DNA of 64,000 nucleotides from Phoronis australis (Eukaryota; Animalia; Phoronida): NCBI GenBank assembly GCA_002633005.1, contig NMRA01000125.1, positions 839,566 through 903,565 on the forward strand. Direction: 5' to 3'. Under the pieces are notes generated by a model that did no database searches, had not been told where the DNA came from, and worked only from the letters and a program-made list of their open reading frames with translations. A program made the position numbers and the translations under genes. Every line of letters starts with the position of its first letter. Position 1 is the stretch's first letter. Shown here piece after piece: positions 1-13,971 of this stretch.

Positions 1-236
1 AGTGGGAAATTTTAGGGGTGAATGTGAGATTTGTCCTCCCTCCGTCGTTATGTGGATAAGCAGGAACCATGTGCACACTTCTGATCACATATGATGTCAT
101 TATTGTTTCACATAATGCATTTCCTAGGTTTCTATCTCAATTGTCAGTCTTTTGTGTGGCTCCTGATGTCACAGTGGAGGATATTTTCCCTTTTCAACGT
201 CTAAAATTGGTTTTTAAGAGTAGGAGCCCTTATATT

Positions 237-390
237 CAGGGGCGGATCCATGATTTTGAAATAAGGGGGCCAGGCCAGTGTATTAGAAGGATTTTTCCTG
301 TCAGACGTTCGCCCTCACGACCTGCCAATTGGAATCTGGGAGAATTTTAGGGGGGCATGACCCCTTGGCCCCCCTCTAAATCCGCTTCTG
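237..390. mobile_element. Short non-autonomous TIR element (MITE-like), CAGGGGCGGATCC family
   Basis: Left end CAGGGGCGGATCC, right end AAATCCGCTTCTG (imperfect inverted repeat). Flanked on both sides by ATATT (232-236, 391-395). Related copies at ~6774-6934, ~43513-43808 and ~49053-gap. Confidence 0.6.
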
Positions 391-3300
391 ATATTACGCT
401 TTCCGTGTTATTGAAAATGTAAGTTACTGTGAATTCAGCGAGTTGCCAAAATGAAGTTTGGACGCCTCAAATTAAAACAAGGCCAGGTTCGACAATATTA
501 GCACGGAGTGGGGAATGGACTATCGTTTAATGCGTTATACAAAAGTTACTTGAATGACAATAGACTATTTTGTGATTCAAAGTGGAATTTCAAAGAACTC
601 TTTTGTTTTCAGCGGAGGTTTTTTCGATTTCAATAGAATTTTACCTGTCGTCGCCATCTCGGCAATAAGCTAAAGGTCGGGATATCGGTGTAGGCACTAG
701 AACCCCTATGGCCTAGAGCAAAAACGCATACCCTGTCTTCCATGTTGTTAAATTTCAAATTAGATTATCCACGATTAACGATTAACAGCGCCTAATGGCA
801 GCTTGTGCTCTTGAATTTCTTCGTAACTTAGTGTTCTTCCTGGCGTGTACCAGTACAGGGCAGGTCGGGCAGGGTTTGTTGCCTGGTTTTGACTGGTCAC
901 TTAGATCCGCCGTTTGATCCGCTAAGAGCAACCTTGTCCTCGAAGCAAACGGGATCTACCTTCACCATACGATTGAGGTGCCTACATACCACTGAGTGGT
1001 GTAATCTGTGGTTAGGCACTGTTCGGTCATGACAACCACAATATAAAAATTCGAACTTGGGTGGTGCACATTGCGTCATGTTATGCCAAGTGCTGCGACG
1101 TGCAGAATGTGGCTGACGCTTCCTTCTTCATCCTGTGGTTAATCTGTTTATTTTTTATGATTCCCAGTAGAAATTTTAGCCTACTTATAGAAGTTTGAAA
1201 GTTGTTTTTATCTTGTTTTGACGATTTCAGTTGCCTGCTTCATACAGTTTTGCAAGACACGCGCCAGTCACTTGAGGCGAGTAATCTTCGTTTAAGGGAT
1301 ATTATCAGAAAAAATTGATTTTATGAGACCAGCCTAAGCGCGGTCTCATAAAAACCTGGGACCCCTGCGTTCGTAGCTCAATTCTCTGCCATCGGAGAAG
1401 CTAAACCTCATATATATTGTACTGTATCTGATAAGGTCACCAGCCTTTCAGCGATTGTCAAAAGCCGTAACTGTTGAATTGTAATGATAAAATCTAACAG
1501 AATGGACGGATTTCGTTTATAGCTCCGGCAAAGCCAATACCTACAAGAAATCCATCTCATTTAAGAATAACCAAACATACATTTCGGTCTTAAAACCGAT
1601 AATGTGTCATCTTTAACGACGGATACAGTGACTTGGCTACAATAATTCCACATTCTAACCATGTTGATCAATCACTTTAGCAGTGCCGGACTAAACAACG
1701 GCCAATTAAACAACTCATAGCCCCTGCATAAAATAGGCGCCCTGCGTCGTAGTTACTCGGGCGGCCTCCGAACGTGGAGCGGGATGAAAACCGTGGCCAC
1801 CAGGAGGAGCTCGATACTTGTGGTAACCGGGGGAGGGAGGCCGATCGAAAGTTGTGGCAACCGGGGAGGGAGGCCGACCGATTTTATATTGATTGATTTA
1901 TTTAACGTCAGTTGATCATAAAAGTAATCCAATGCAACTCGATGAATGTAAAAATAAATTAAAATAGGACAATTGGTGTACGGGAGACACAAAAAGTAGT
2001 TACACTATTTCCATTGTGGTCCGTCCTATGCAGTGAGCTTAATACCTGAACCGTTTAGATAAAATTCATACATCAATAGATAAATAGATACAATAAATAA
2101 TTACGTAAGCAAATAATGTGAGGGTATTAAGTTAGGGTAACTATGTTGCGACCGAGTAGATAAAATATGTCATATATGGGGATCCCCAAGGTACGATGCG
2201 TTTAGAAATATAAAATGGGCGTTAGATTCATCCTTTGATAGTTTAAGAAATTAAACTTGTCTACATTTGGTGATGAAATTTGAGGGAACTTCTGTTTTTC
2301 CCAATTGGTTTAGTACAGTACACTGTTCCACGGCGTAAGACAGCTGACTCTAACTGTTGCTGTTGGCTGTTGAAATGATGAAGAAATATTGCGGGTCAGT
2401 GCCGTCTTTACCACAGGGCCAACCAGAGCACTTGCCCGCGAGCCCCACGACTCAGTACAGGGACCCCACGCCAATTCATGTCACTAAAAGTTAAATGATA
2501 CAACAGGCTTAGGGTCAGTGTGAAACATGAGTAAACAGTGTCCCCCTGTAATGTAACTTACCTGCACTAATGGAGCATCCAGGTAATTCACTGACTAACG
2601 GGCCCGTATTCTACATGTAGCATTCAAATACATGCAGGTAGGACACGTTTCTTTCCGTAGGGGGACATTCTACATGTACGCGGCGTACAATTAACGCTGT
2701 TCGTCAATTATTGAAATGCACTGCTGCTGGCGTAAGAGTAAGCTTACCGGTAAAAACAAATATTTTTGCTGGGTTACTATTTACGTTTTTATTGCTGTAA
2801 ACATCCGATTGGTATAACAGGGGTACCAGTGAACTAGTGCTGTACCCGGTGGTCCGTGACATCAATTAGACGACCCTGGTGAGGGTATTATGGCGATAAG
2901 AGCTATGTGTACCAATGGAATGAAGTTGTGAGGGACAAGTATTATTAAAGACTATCAGATATGACACTGTATTCGGCAATCAATAACTTTACCCTAGAGA
3001 ATTCGTTTGGCATAGACACGGTGGGTTACAGAGAAAAAGCGCAATTTTGTATAATGCCGACCAGGAGGCGAGGTAAAAATTTTGGAGACCGGGCACATTC
3101 ACTAAGGTGCGGAAAAACTTTGATGACCAGGGAATTCTCTAATCACTACGACCATCAGATTTAGTAGCTATTGAGGGCATAGCAAAGCTAAATACGGCAA
3201 ATTTGTGGACGCCATTTCCTTCAGCATTATGCTAGTAAAATCTTAAGCTAAAGTCGCAGAACATTGGCCTTTAATTAACGTAAGTTTCCGTGATAAGTGG

Positions 3301-6300
3301 GTAGAACATCAACATTGATGCTAAAGCCTTCACTTATATTCATTTTGTGCATGTATAATTTTTTCCATACAAGGATGTCGTACAGTCTATGGTCGACTGG
3401 TGTGACTTCTGACCAAGGCTTCCTCAGAGCTTCTTGCTTACACAAATCCCATCTCAGTGAAGCCCGGTACAATAGCGCACTGCTGCCCTTAATAAACCAA
3501 TCTCATTAATATAACTCAAAATTTCTAAAAATTAATCGATAATTTAATACCGTTATATTGATTACCCGTTTAAAGCTAACTAAAAATACACTCTTTAATT
3601 TCCATTCGAAAATCAAATTTTGACGAGTGGCGTTCAATGTTACAACGGTAGTTACAGCAGCATTCACCCACAGTTTCGATCAAATGCCACATTTAAGACA
3701 TAAATCGTGACAAAAGTGGTCTGGCGTCGCCAGCCTTACTCAATTTAAACGTGATCTCCCGCTAAGGAGAACACAATAAGCACAATATTTAAAACAACCC
3801 TGTGGTTACCTTGGCTTCGAAAAACCAATTTATACAAAGCACCTTATTGTCCAGCAAAAGCTTTCAAAACAAACCCTTGCTTTTGTTCCAGGAAGCGATG
3901 TAAGCTAATTGTTCCCGCTGATGACAATCAACGTTTTAGTTTTGACGGTGGTGTAACCCAAAGAATTTTTGTGCACCCAGTAGGGTGAGTTCGAGATGCA
4001 AAGGGACCCATTTCAGCAGCGAAAGCTTCTGTGAAGAAAGTTGTGTGTTTGTAGAGATTCTTTGGCGTGACCTACAGTAGCTTTTAATACAGGTAATTTA
4101 AAATTCAGTGAAAATTGGCGTAAAGGCTGTAATTAGACAAATCTACAGAAATTGAACACAAAACTCCTGGAAGATTGTTTAGCATTGCTAGCCAACTGAT
4201 GCACGCACACAGTGGTTCGTTTTGTTGGGAAGGCAAATACGTCACACAATTATGAACTGGCCGTGAAAACCCAGCAACGCACCGGAGCAGCATCTCCTGC
4301 AACCCAGCGGTGGGATCTACTTACGTCAACATTTTTGCACAAATCTCAGTCAGTCTTGAAAATCTGCCGAATTAAACATTTTAGAATATTTTGACTTGTG
4401 AACGCCATTGGGGGACCTGACCGTAACCATTGAATTAATAAGCTTCGGGACCCTTTGTGGTATCCTCTATATCACAAACGAAAGTGCGGCGATAACTTTT
4501 TTAAAGCTTCATGGTAGCCAAAATTGAAAACACCCGTGGCTTAGTAAATTTGAATCTTCAACCATTTTTTTTTCGGAAAGAGTTCATTGCAACTTTGAAT
4601 GACACAGCGAAGATATAAAGGAGCCGCTTGAAAGGAGCTTGTCAAAACAACTGAACACTTAGATATGAGTGGTGATCAAAAGTGTTCGCGTCTATACGAC
4701 CAAGAATACTGTAGACTAGACTTTTGATGAGTGTCTTCTCTTGGCCACGCAATATCTACGATTTTTTTAGAAATATGATCCGTATTTGCCATGGAAATGT
4801 TCGTAAAGGCTTATGACTACGGAATACCCAAATGCACAGCTCATTTTCCGATACTTTATTTTTCAAACCCAGCGCACATTTGTTTTATGCGGAGTCCTGT
4901 GAGAACTTAACTGTATACACCCATCCGCCCCGACATATAAGTTCATCTTTTTATCTTCCAACAGCTAATACGTTGCATTAATAGCTAAACTAAACACGAT
5001 TTCTGTCCTTCGAATATTGCCACATTGCATTACTTGAGAGAAGGCTCCGCAAATTGGCTTAGAACAGCGGGTCACTATGTATGATGGCAAGAAGCAAAAA
5101 GTTTTTCGCGAAACGCGTATTTAGACGTTCAGCTGCTGAAAAACACAATTGGTGCATCACACGTATTGCCGTCACGATACATGTAGTTGCGTTGACGTGT
5201 ACGTTTCCCACACTTGGTACAAAAAAATGCAACTGAACATGAAAGACGGCGTATCGTGCTGGGTTCAGGTTCACGCACTCCAGGTTTTAGAAATGCTAAA
5301 ATGTGCTATTGTTCTGCAAGACTTCTGCACCGTACCCAGTCGGACCAAAATGATGTCACACTACACTGGAAAACACGTGTCCCGACAATATTAAAAAGTG
5401 GGGGTGGTAGATTATTTTTAGATCAGCGTCACGGCTGTAGTGAAAAGGAGTGCTCTGACTTCGTCAGTTGAAGTTGTTTCGAGTTCTGGTCACTGATCAT
5501 TAAAGAGTCGTCGTGGTATACATTGACACTTGTTTTTATCCGGTGAATTAAACCTACGTTGTTGATATCGGAAACGATATTTATTTCGTACTCTTAACTA
5601 TGCCGGGTTAGTTCATGTGCACGGGGTCCGAGGGTCATTTGCTAGCACGGGTCGTTTTGTCCAAATATCTATGGACATTTCTCCTATTCCTCTGACGTAC
5701 ATGTAGGTGCAGCTGAATGAGTTGCTTTGGCATATCACCATCCTCACAAATTTCCATTGTCTTATCCCAATACGAGAGAGATTTCCAACAATCCTGCATG
5801 CACGCATGTTAGGGGGCGCCGCAAAAGGTCGCCAAAATGTAAAAACTTAGCTCGGTGAAGATTCAAAGCTTTCAGAAATGGTCGCTATGGTTACATATCG
5901 GGTGCAGGGCTAGCGAGAGCGGTTCATTGCCATACACACAAAAAAAACATCCATGGGGAACTGAAGCCAATTCGACCGCAATAAGTAGAGTATCTCCGCG
6001 TCATACAAGCAAGCCTTCTCCGATGTAACTGTACATGTAAATGCACGTTTGATAATTTGAGCTGGAAGCTGTTTAAAAACTAACTATTCTTCAGTTAATG
6101 ATTAAAGGGATTTTATCGATTTTAGGGACGAAAAGCTCATTTTGGGGGTTATTATTGAATAAGATAGAATTCCTGAAGTTATTAGATTTGACCAGCGCTA
6201 TAAAACAACACTGGTTGTGTTTTTATGATTTTGTCGTATATTGTTGCCAATATCTGTGAGACGTTTTTTGAAATCGAAGCCTGTGACTGAACAAGTTAAA

Positions 6301-6773
6301 CACGCTTACAATACTGTGCTATTTATCGCCGTATTGCTCTCGGCCCGCGCGAGCCCGAGCGTTCTGAAAGAGGGTTCCAGGATTGATTTCTATCTCAGAG
6401 AGACTAATTACAGAAAATCATTGTTGCCAATAACGCCACTTATTTAATATCGAATGAAATATTGACATTGGGAACTCAATAACTGGTTTGTAGTGATTCC
6501 CAGAAATCGGAAAAAAGATAAAAAACAAGAATGAGTTTGCAGCTGCTGCAATACAAAACAAGAATCGTTCATTGTCATGGTTTGACATGACCATGTTGTT
6601 CGTGAGAAAGATACATGTAGGTACAGTTAGGCGTAGGACTGGCGGAGCGGGGGATGATTAAGTTGGAGACGAAGTGTAACAAACTGGTTTTTTCACAGCA
6701 CAGCTTCCGTGATTTTGTCAGTACATTCCTGGTAATGGAAACTGTCCAGCTACGTGCAGAAGTGCCCAAGAAG

Positions 6774-6934
6774 CAGTGGCAAATTTAGGGGGGGGGGGGG
6801 CAAGGGGCCATGCCCCCATTAAAATTCGTCCAGGTTCCATTCGGAAGTTCGGGGTTTCGGGGTACGAATGTTTCAAAATCCTGGCTAATATTCCGCCCTG
6901 ACCCCCACCAACTCAAAACCCTGGATCCACCCTT
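6774..6934. mobile_element. MITE-like element, CAGGGGCGGATCC family, opposite orientation
   Basis: CAGTGGCAAATTTAGGGGGG...CTCAAAACCCTGGATCCACCCTT; reverse complement resembles 237-390 and 43513-43808. Confidence 0.5.
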
Positions 6935-8410
6935 CGAAAAAACTAGTTGAGGCTGGTCCGCCTCTCGGTGGACTTCAATGAAGCCAAAAAACGTACAGTT
7001 TTGAAAACAAAACACAAGTATACTGTTTTGCCTATTTTGAAAATACAAATAACAACAAAATCACTAGTTGTCGAGCGTGCAGCTTTACACCAGGTCAGTG
7101 TGCATACTGTCCGTGCTAGTTTCTAATCTCAATGTAAGAACTATAGACATTATGTAATCAATAGACGAAAACTGGGATTTTCATTTTTGTTTGTTTTTTA
7201 TACTGGAGGATAAAGGTCCATTTAATACCATATCGTATTTTCGTTTTACCTCTCCAGTTTCGACCTATAACATTTAATCATCATGGGCGTAGTTTGTGTT
7301 ACATAATATCTGGTTCTTGATTTTTGTGGAGATGATTCATTACGGGAAATTTATTGAATTCAAGTTTAAAGGACTTCGTATGTCAGAAAGAGAGATTTTT
7401 CTGAGGGGATGCGTTCGCCCCCAAGCTGAAAAAATTAGGCCGGGTTCCCGACCCGTGTCCGCCCACGCCTACCATTCCACTCCTGAATACCAACCCTTAA
7501 GTATTGGCCAATAAAATCTCGACTACCACAATTTCATTTTCAATTTTAGATTGAATGTTCAAATTTCAACTGGAAACCTGCCCACGGATGGTCAGTTGCA
7601 ATTCTTCAAACGTGTTAAGGATGATAACTCGCAACTGCATGGCTCTCGAACAATATATGTATCTGTGGACGCGTGTGGTCCTTAGTTTCCGCGCGTGCAC
7701 CTGGTGCCCCAGAAAACTTAGAACTAATGTAAGTAATGAAAACAAACTAAGTGCTGAAGATAAAAATCTTTTTGATTACTGGAATTTATACCACCAAACC
7801 AAGTTTTAAATCGACAAAAGACCACACGCATCGCCGAAATGCGCCAGAAAGGATCCCCCATGTAGTTAATTGAGTTTGATCTTTTTTGTTTGCTTGATTG
7901 CGTTACACGACTCGTTTGACGTCACCGTTGAGGCCTTCACGGGACAGTCACCAGATGGCGTGACCCTTGGGCTCGAGTCGAGCCGCCGCCGGTGTTGGCT
8001 TACGAAGTAACTAATGCTGCATGAGACACCAAATTATTTAACTTGAAATTTCACATCATCCAACACCTAAGCAAAAGTGTAACAGGCAAAGGTAGGATAT
8101 CGATAAAATGGCCCGTGTACACTTTTTGTGTTAGTGAATGGTGTATATTAGCATATTGGATCATTCGCCATCTTCAAATATATGATCGTTTAACCCATGA
8201 AAACAAACAGTTCGCGCTATGACGAAGAACTAGTTTACATTTATTTGTTATTTTGATTAACTTATTAAACTTAACTATTGACAGTCTCGGTAAAAATAAT
8301 TGCGACGACACAGAAAACACTCTTACCTTCAGGTAAAAAATAAAACCAATTGGATGTTTAAACAGTCAAATAGGTAACTGACAATGACCTGACCGCTTCC
8401 ATCCAGCAAC

Positions 8411-8412
<2 letters not shown>

Positions 8413-8477
<65 letters not shown>

Positions 8478-8488
8478 TATATATATAT
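8413..8488. repeat. (TA)n microsatellite
   Basis: Near-perfect AT dinucleotide run of ~76 bp. Confidence 0.97.
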
Positions 8489-8876
8489 GCCATCAATGCA
8501 TTAAATAAATAGAATTATCGAGAAAATCGCAACAAGTTAGTGGATTCCGGCTTTTGTTTTTACCAAAGAACGCCAGCTTCTATTAATAGTAGTGAACGTA
8601 CTAAGTGAATCAACGTATCCGGAACGGATGCGCAGACTTGACCTCTTTATAGTGAAGAGACAAATCTCAGTCATGGGTCAACCAATGTTCGTCCGCTCAC
8701 AGTCAGTGAAAAGCAAAAACCCTAAAACGCCGGGTACCCAATCGACGTATCGCCAATTCTTAGAACGGTCTACCGGCGATCACTTTGTTTACGGACTCCA
8801 CCAAGCTAGAGGTTACCAACAAACTTAAGTTTGTCAGTCATTTTCACTAAGGAGGTCCTATCATGCTGCATGCGAA

Positions 8877-9135
8877 ACATGCGCGCACCGGGGGAGGGGG
8901 CTCAGGGCCCCCCCGCCCCAATTTGGCGACATAGACGAAAAGCTCCGCCTCAGAGAAATGAAAACTCCGAAATAAAGTAGAAAAGGAAAAAAGTCCACTA
9001 AAATGCAGGAACTATCAAAAGGCGATGAATGCAAAATCCATAGCTCTGAACGCACCCCGTGAATCTTGGTAAAAGGTCCACATTCTCAAAAATTCGAGCC
9101 CCCCACTCAATTTTTAAGGCTGGGTGCGCGCATGT
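8877..9135. mobile_element. MITE-like element with 13-bp TIRs (ACATGCGCGCACC)
   Basis: ACATGCGCGCACC at 8877-8889 and GGTGCGCGCATGT at 9123-9135. The internal AAAAGGTCCA.ATTCTCAAAAATTCGAGCCCCCC recurs at ~33900-33932 and, reversed, at ~26686-26718. Confidence 0.7.
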
Positions 9136-12106
9136 GAAATGACGATCATTTTTGCCACTACTGAATCAGGCAAAATGATAAATAATGCACTCCAATGCAG
9201 TACGTGTAGATCAGTTGCCGAACACAACTAGTTGAAAGAGATTGTTAGAGTAGATTGTTAGCCAAACTCGCCGAAACATCACAAAATTCCACGTTTGGTC
9301 ATCTTTGCAAACTGAAGTTTGAAAGTTTTTGCCGACGGTAGACCTACTTTAATGTCTTGCTAATGGCAGCCCATTCTCAAAAACTTCTTTTGAACCTCTG
9401 ATAAACCCCCAGTCCAGCAACTGTCTATCATTATTGACATGCTGTCTGATGGATCTGAGTAGCAACGAGAAACCACGGAGGGCCATTGTTTAACTAATCT
9501 GACATTCGACATTTAGTGATGATCGGTGACTTATGTGAACGAGTACGCTGTTTCCGGTTGGAATGATACAAATCAACTGCCAAAGTATACATACTCAGGC
9601 GAACATGCCACAAAGATGAGACCCATGGTTGTTGTACTTTGTTCTTGAAAGCACGATCCAATAGGAATGATAACTACTGAACACTTGACAAGTAAATAGC
9701 TATACACTATTTTGTATCGTTTAATTCGTGGTTCAAAGAATTATAACAACGATGTCGAGTAACTACCCACTGAAATAGTGTGGTAGAGCTAAATACCCTA
9801 TTAGATTGGACGATGTGTCTTAACCACACAGCCTTGTCGCTCAATACACAATCAGTTATAAGGCGTGAACAATATCCTGAAAAGATCACTGGTGGTATCC
9901 CGGGGAAGATTAGGCCTAATTGTTATTAAAAACGACAATCGGCACGCGTCTCAATTGTCCTGAAGCAGACGGTTTTCTGGACTATTTGCGGTTGCGGTCA
10001 CACAAAATTGTAATGAATAGTTATCATGGTGTCGAATCGTTATGTAAGCGGAAGTCATTAGCTTTTTTGAGACGGTGAATCGGAAGCCATGGTAGTTCTT
10101 TGTAATTATTAAGTCATCACCTCGGGGGGACCACACATTCGTAGCCACCGCAGGCGCCTCCAGCCCAACCCATTTTCGTCAGGTACGCTTGAATAGAGCA
10201 TTGTCCGAAGAACGATCAGAGGTGTCTTCGAGAAAAAAAAACTAATAAACAATGGTATCCCTCAATTGAGCACTCCCAAGACGTATGCATAGCACACGGT
10301 ACCCAGATTTAAAAATTTAAAAATAAATTTCCGCAAGCCACACTCCACGGCGAAATAAACATAAAACGCAAGGTACATGTAACACCTACTTAAAGGCATA
10401 CCTGTATATTAACATATGGAACAGCTGATCGTTAAAATATAATATCACCTGCAGGAGTAGATTCGCCTCCACAGACGATGAACCAAAAAGTTGCAAACGG
10501 TGGTCTACGTCTAAACCAGAGGGTACACGGCTATATTTTTGACGGGGAAGCACCTTAAAATTTAGGACACGGTACCCGTTTAGAGAATTTACTACGGAAG
10601 AAAGGGGATCCATTTGTAGGTTCCATAAAAAATCTTCCAAATTTTGTCAAGCAATTTGTTCATACCACCCTTTTGAAGCGGTCATTCCACAAACCTAACC
10701 CCTTTGATAGGGTTTAGTTGGACTTAACAAAACAGTACAAGAACAGTTGTACATGACGTCTTTGGAGCACCACTCTTAGGGCCGGCGAAAAACGATCGCC
10801 TCCGTCCACTGAGCTTTTGGACTCAAATATCGCATTGAAGCCAAGTAGCACTATTTGAACACACGGCAAGGGAAATCATTGGGAGAATTTCAAGAAGCGA
10901 CTACCATAAATAACACTTGTCAAAGCTGTTGAATCTATTTGAGCAATATTTGGTTTCTTAGCAAAGTCAGGTTACTTTGCAATTGAAATATTGCACAAGA
11001 CGTCAAAGTTGTGTCAGCAAACGAAACTGGAATACTTGTGGCTAGTTTGACGTCATGTAGCGTTATGGTACATCAACAGCACTTAACACGAGGAAATTGC
11101 GAAAATTGCTTAGTGAGAGATTATGATGTAACCCAACGAGAAAATGTTCCTTTTTAGATTGTCAAGTCTCCATACAGAATTAATATAAATCGATTAAAAC
11201 ATTTGGTGAAATCGGTGACGTCACCTTGGGTACTTATAATTTTGCAATGAATCGTTCTGAAGAGCGAGTATATGGTGCCAATAGGTAAGCATGAGAGTCG
11301 AAAGATGTCAAAAACCGTTGCAGTGGTGGATTCAGGGGACTAAAGGGGCCATGCCCACTCCTCCTAACATTCTTGAAGTCCACTTAAAATTGACATTTTT
11401 GATTCCGTTAATTTAGGAATTACACTGTTCTCGTTCAGTTTACACGTTAACATGTTCTTCAACATAAGTCAAATAAACGCTTTTGGCATGATGACTTCGC
11501 GTCCATATTTAGCTATTGACTCAACACCTTGATCAAAGTTATGCAAATATCCTAGGAAGGACCAAGCACGACTGTGGCCTAACTTAAAAGAATAACTTCT
11601 ACCGGTATGGATTAGACAACATATTTGTAACGAGAAATAATAAGTTCTACACTGTGACCAAGCAAGGTAGCAAAATCGTCATTCTAATCACGTGGTGCAT
11701 GCCACGGCGGAATATGCAAAGATAAATAAAACTCATCTTTCGCAGAGTGTAACTGAAACAAATTCAAATGAACCACATGCTGTTGAAAAATCTGAATTAT
11801 TCTGATGAAGTCGACTGTGCAAACATTTGAGAGCGAGATTATGTGAAATCTCACCGTGACATAGGCCTACATGTACGTTCTTCCGAAGCAGCAGAAAAGC
11901 ATACCAGAGCGCTACCTATTGCCAAATTCGGTGTAGCATATGTGTACTCGGTAGCAATGCGATCGGCACTAGGTTACTAAAGAACATATGCAAGAACATT
12001 GGCATTACGATGTGAATCACTAGCTTCACGGAATTCCTCGTCTTTACACCTACAATTTGACATGTTGCTCAACAAGAGAACGAAAAATCTGTGTGGGATT
12101 GCAGCA

Positions 12107-12112
12107 TTTATT
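12107..12112 (-). terminator. Putative polyadenylation signal of RNF103
   Basis: AATAAA on the minus strand ~220 nt downstream of the RNF103 stop. Confidence 0.45.
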
Positions 12113-12329
12113 TCCATGAGTAGCTCTCAAGAAACAACAATGGTAAGTCACATGTCACTCTTGCCCATTTGAAAGTCAACTGGTTTACAAGAAACACGAT
12201 CAGGTCTCAGTCATAGCATCATTTTTTACAGCACAGTAATTTTCAAGGAACCCAAAGGCTTCATATTTCATTCAAGGGAAGAAATAAAAAATCCATCAAA
12301 AACTGCACCGGTCTTCATTGGGTAATCCA

Positions 12330-13971
12330 TTATTCGTAGTGAAGGCGTAGCTTACACTTAGATTTATAGCAAGGCCACCGACACACAGGACAACAATGAT
12401 TGTCTCGTATGATCCATCCCATTATGCAATTCTCGTGAAAGTTGTGACCACATGGCAAGCCACACAGCACATTCCCATGGCGATAACTATCCAAGCAAAT
12501 CACACACTCTTCAGCTGGCAGCATTCCATCTGGTAAGGTGCCACCTAAGGATGATCGACGTCCATTGCTCAGTTGCTCAGCATTTGAAGCTGAACAACAC
12601 TGGTTACATGCTCCTTTCATTTCTATATCCCTGTCTGTATTATTAGTGGCTTTGTTCTCACACATACATCTATAATCACTGTCCATTACGTACTCTATAC
12701 AGTCCTTTTCAGTACCATTATTGTGACTGCCAGATGTCGCATTACAATGCTGGCACACCAGCAATGAGCCAGCGTTATTACTACTACAAGAGGCCAACGT
12801 TCCAGTATCAGAGCCTTCTGAATCCGACCGCTTTCCATCTTCCTCACCAGATATCCCTGTATGTTCCGTATAAATCCATATAGGCAAATTTTTGACGTAG
12901 TCATTGGATATTATTGGCTGGAGCCACAAGTTAGGCACGGCCAGGCGTTCAATCAATAATTCCATCCCTTCTTCTAAGTCTTGAGCATGTGCGGGTCGGG
13001 TCAGCGAGTTCACCGGATGAAACAGGTAATTGGCCAAGTAACTATTGGCTGAAAATGACCACCAGTCGCTGCTGGTATTTGCAATGTCAGAGTCTGAACG
13101 AAACAGGCGACGACATAAGAAGTACCCGAGAAGTAAATACAACCCAAGAGAAGATGACACAAGTAATGGCTTGGAGAAATAAAATGTCACGTCTTGACGT
13201 GTATAGCCTGCCACATCCGTACAGCTAATAATCCGGATGAATTTGTGGGCATAGAACAAGAAGGAACTCATTTGGGGAATGTGAAACAGTCCGATAATTG
13301 GTAACCATAGCAGCATGAACAAGCAGTTGTATTTGATAAATCTCCAGATCAGACCGGTTAAATTTTGTAGGAACCCACCACCATCTGTGATGAGACCCAT
13401 AACACAAACGCAATTTGTTAAAAACATGCCGAGTTTAAAAAGATCATTTATATCAGGCGTCATTGTTCGCAAAAATAAATCAAAGCTAAAATAATTTAGA
13501 ACTTCACCTCTTCGCTTTCCATATGGCACCGTGCGTTCTGGTGTTATAATGATGTAGGAAGGTTTTATCACACTTTTCTGCAGGGACCTGAGCATTTTCT
13601 TTCCTTGATGAGTCCGGATATCCACCTTTCCAAATTTCACCCTCCCGGTGAATCGAACACTCAACACCGACAAAAACATGGGCGGTAACAGCAGTTTTGA
13701 CAACAATATCACATGAATTGGCCAATTGAGGGCGCTTGCAGCACTTGTTTGGTTATTCTCATTAAATTTCATCCAATCCTCCACAAACTCTTGATGAGAA
13801 CCAATTGCGTGTATCCTTGAGGCTAAGTGGAAGTTGACCCAGTCAAATACAGCCTGGTTACTCCTCAACCCTGAGTAGGTAAGTAACTTAACTTGGTCTT
13901 TGGTCTGCCAGTGGCCCTGGGGGATAGCCAGCATCAGCCGAGAGGAATGCCAAGATTTCTTTGCACAAAAT
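12330..13971 (-). CDS. RNF103: E3 ubiquitin-protein ligase RNF103, exon 3 of 3 (TM segments, C-terminal RING-H2)
   Basis: Acceptor TTTTGCAG, phase 2 (AG|A = Arg). Contains PPMFLSVLSVRFTGRVKFG and MELLIERLAVPNLWLQP (RNF103-type motifs) and the RING-H2 CVIC...CGHNFHENC...CPVC. The three exons join to 2121 nt (706 aa). Confidence 0.95.

Noticed and set aside
1-12000. Numerous 60-90 aa ORFs in the first 12 kb
   Set aside because: No recognisable domains or phase-consistent exon chain; consistent with intergenic or intronic DNA containing repeat remnants.
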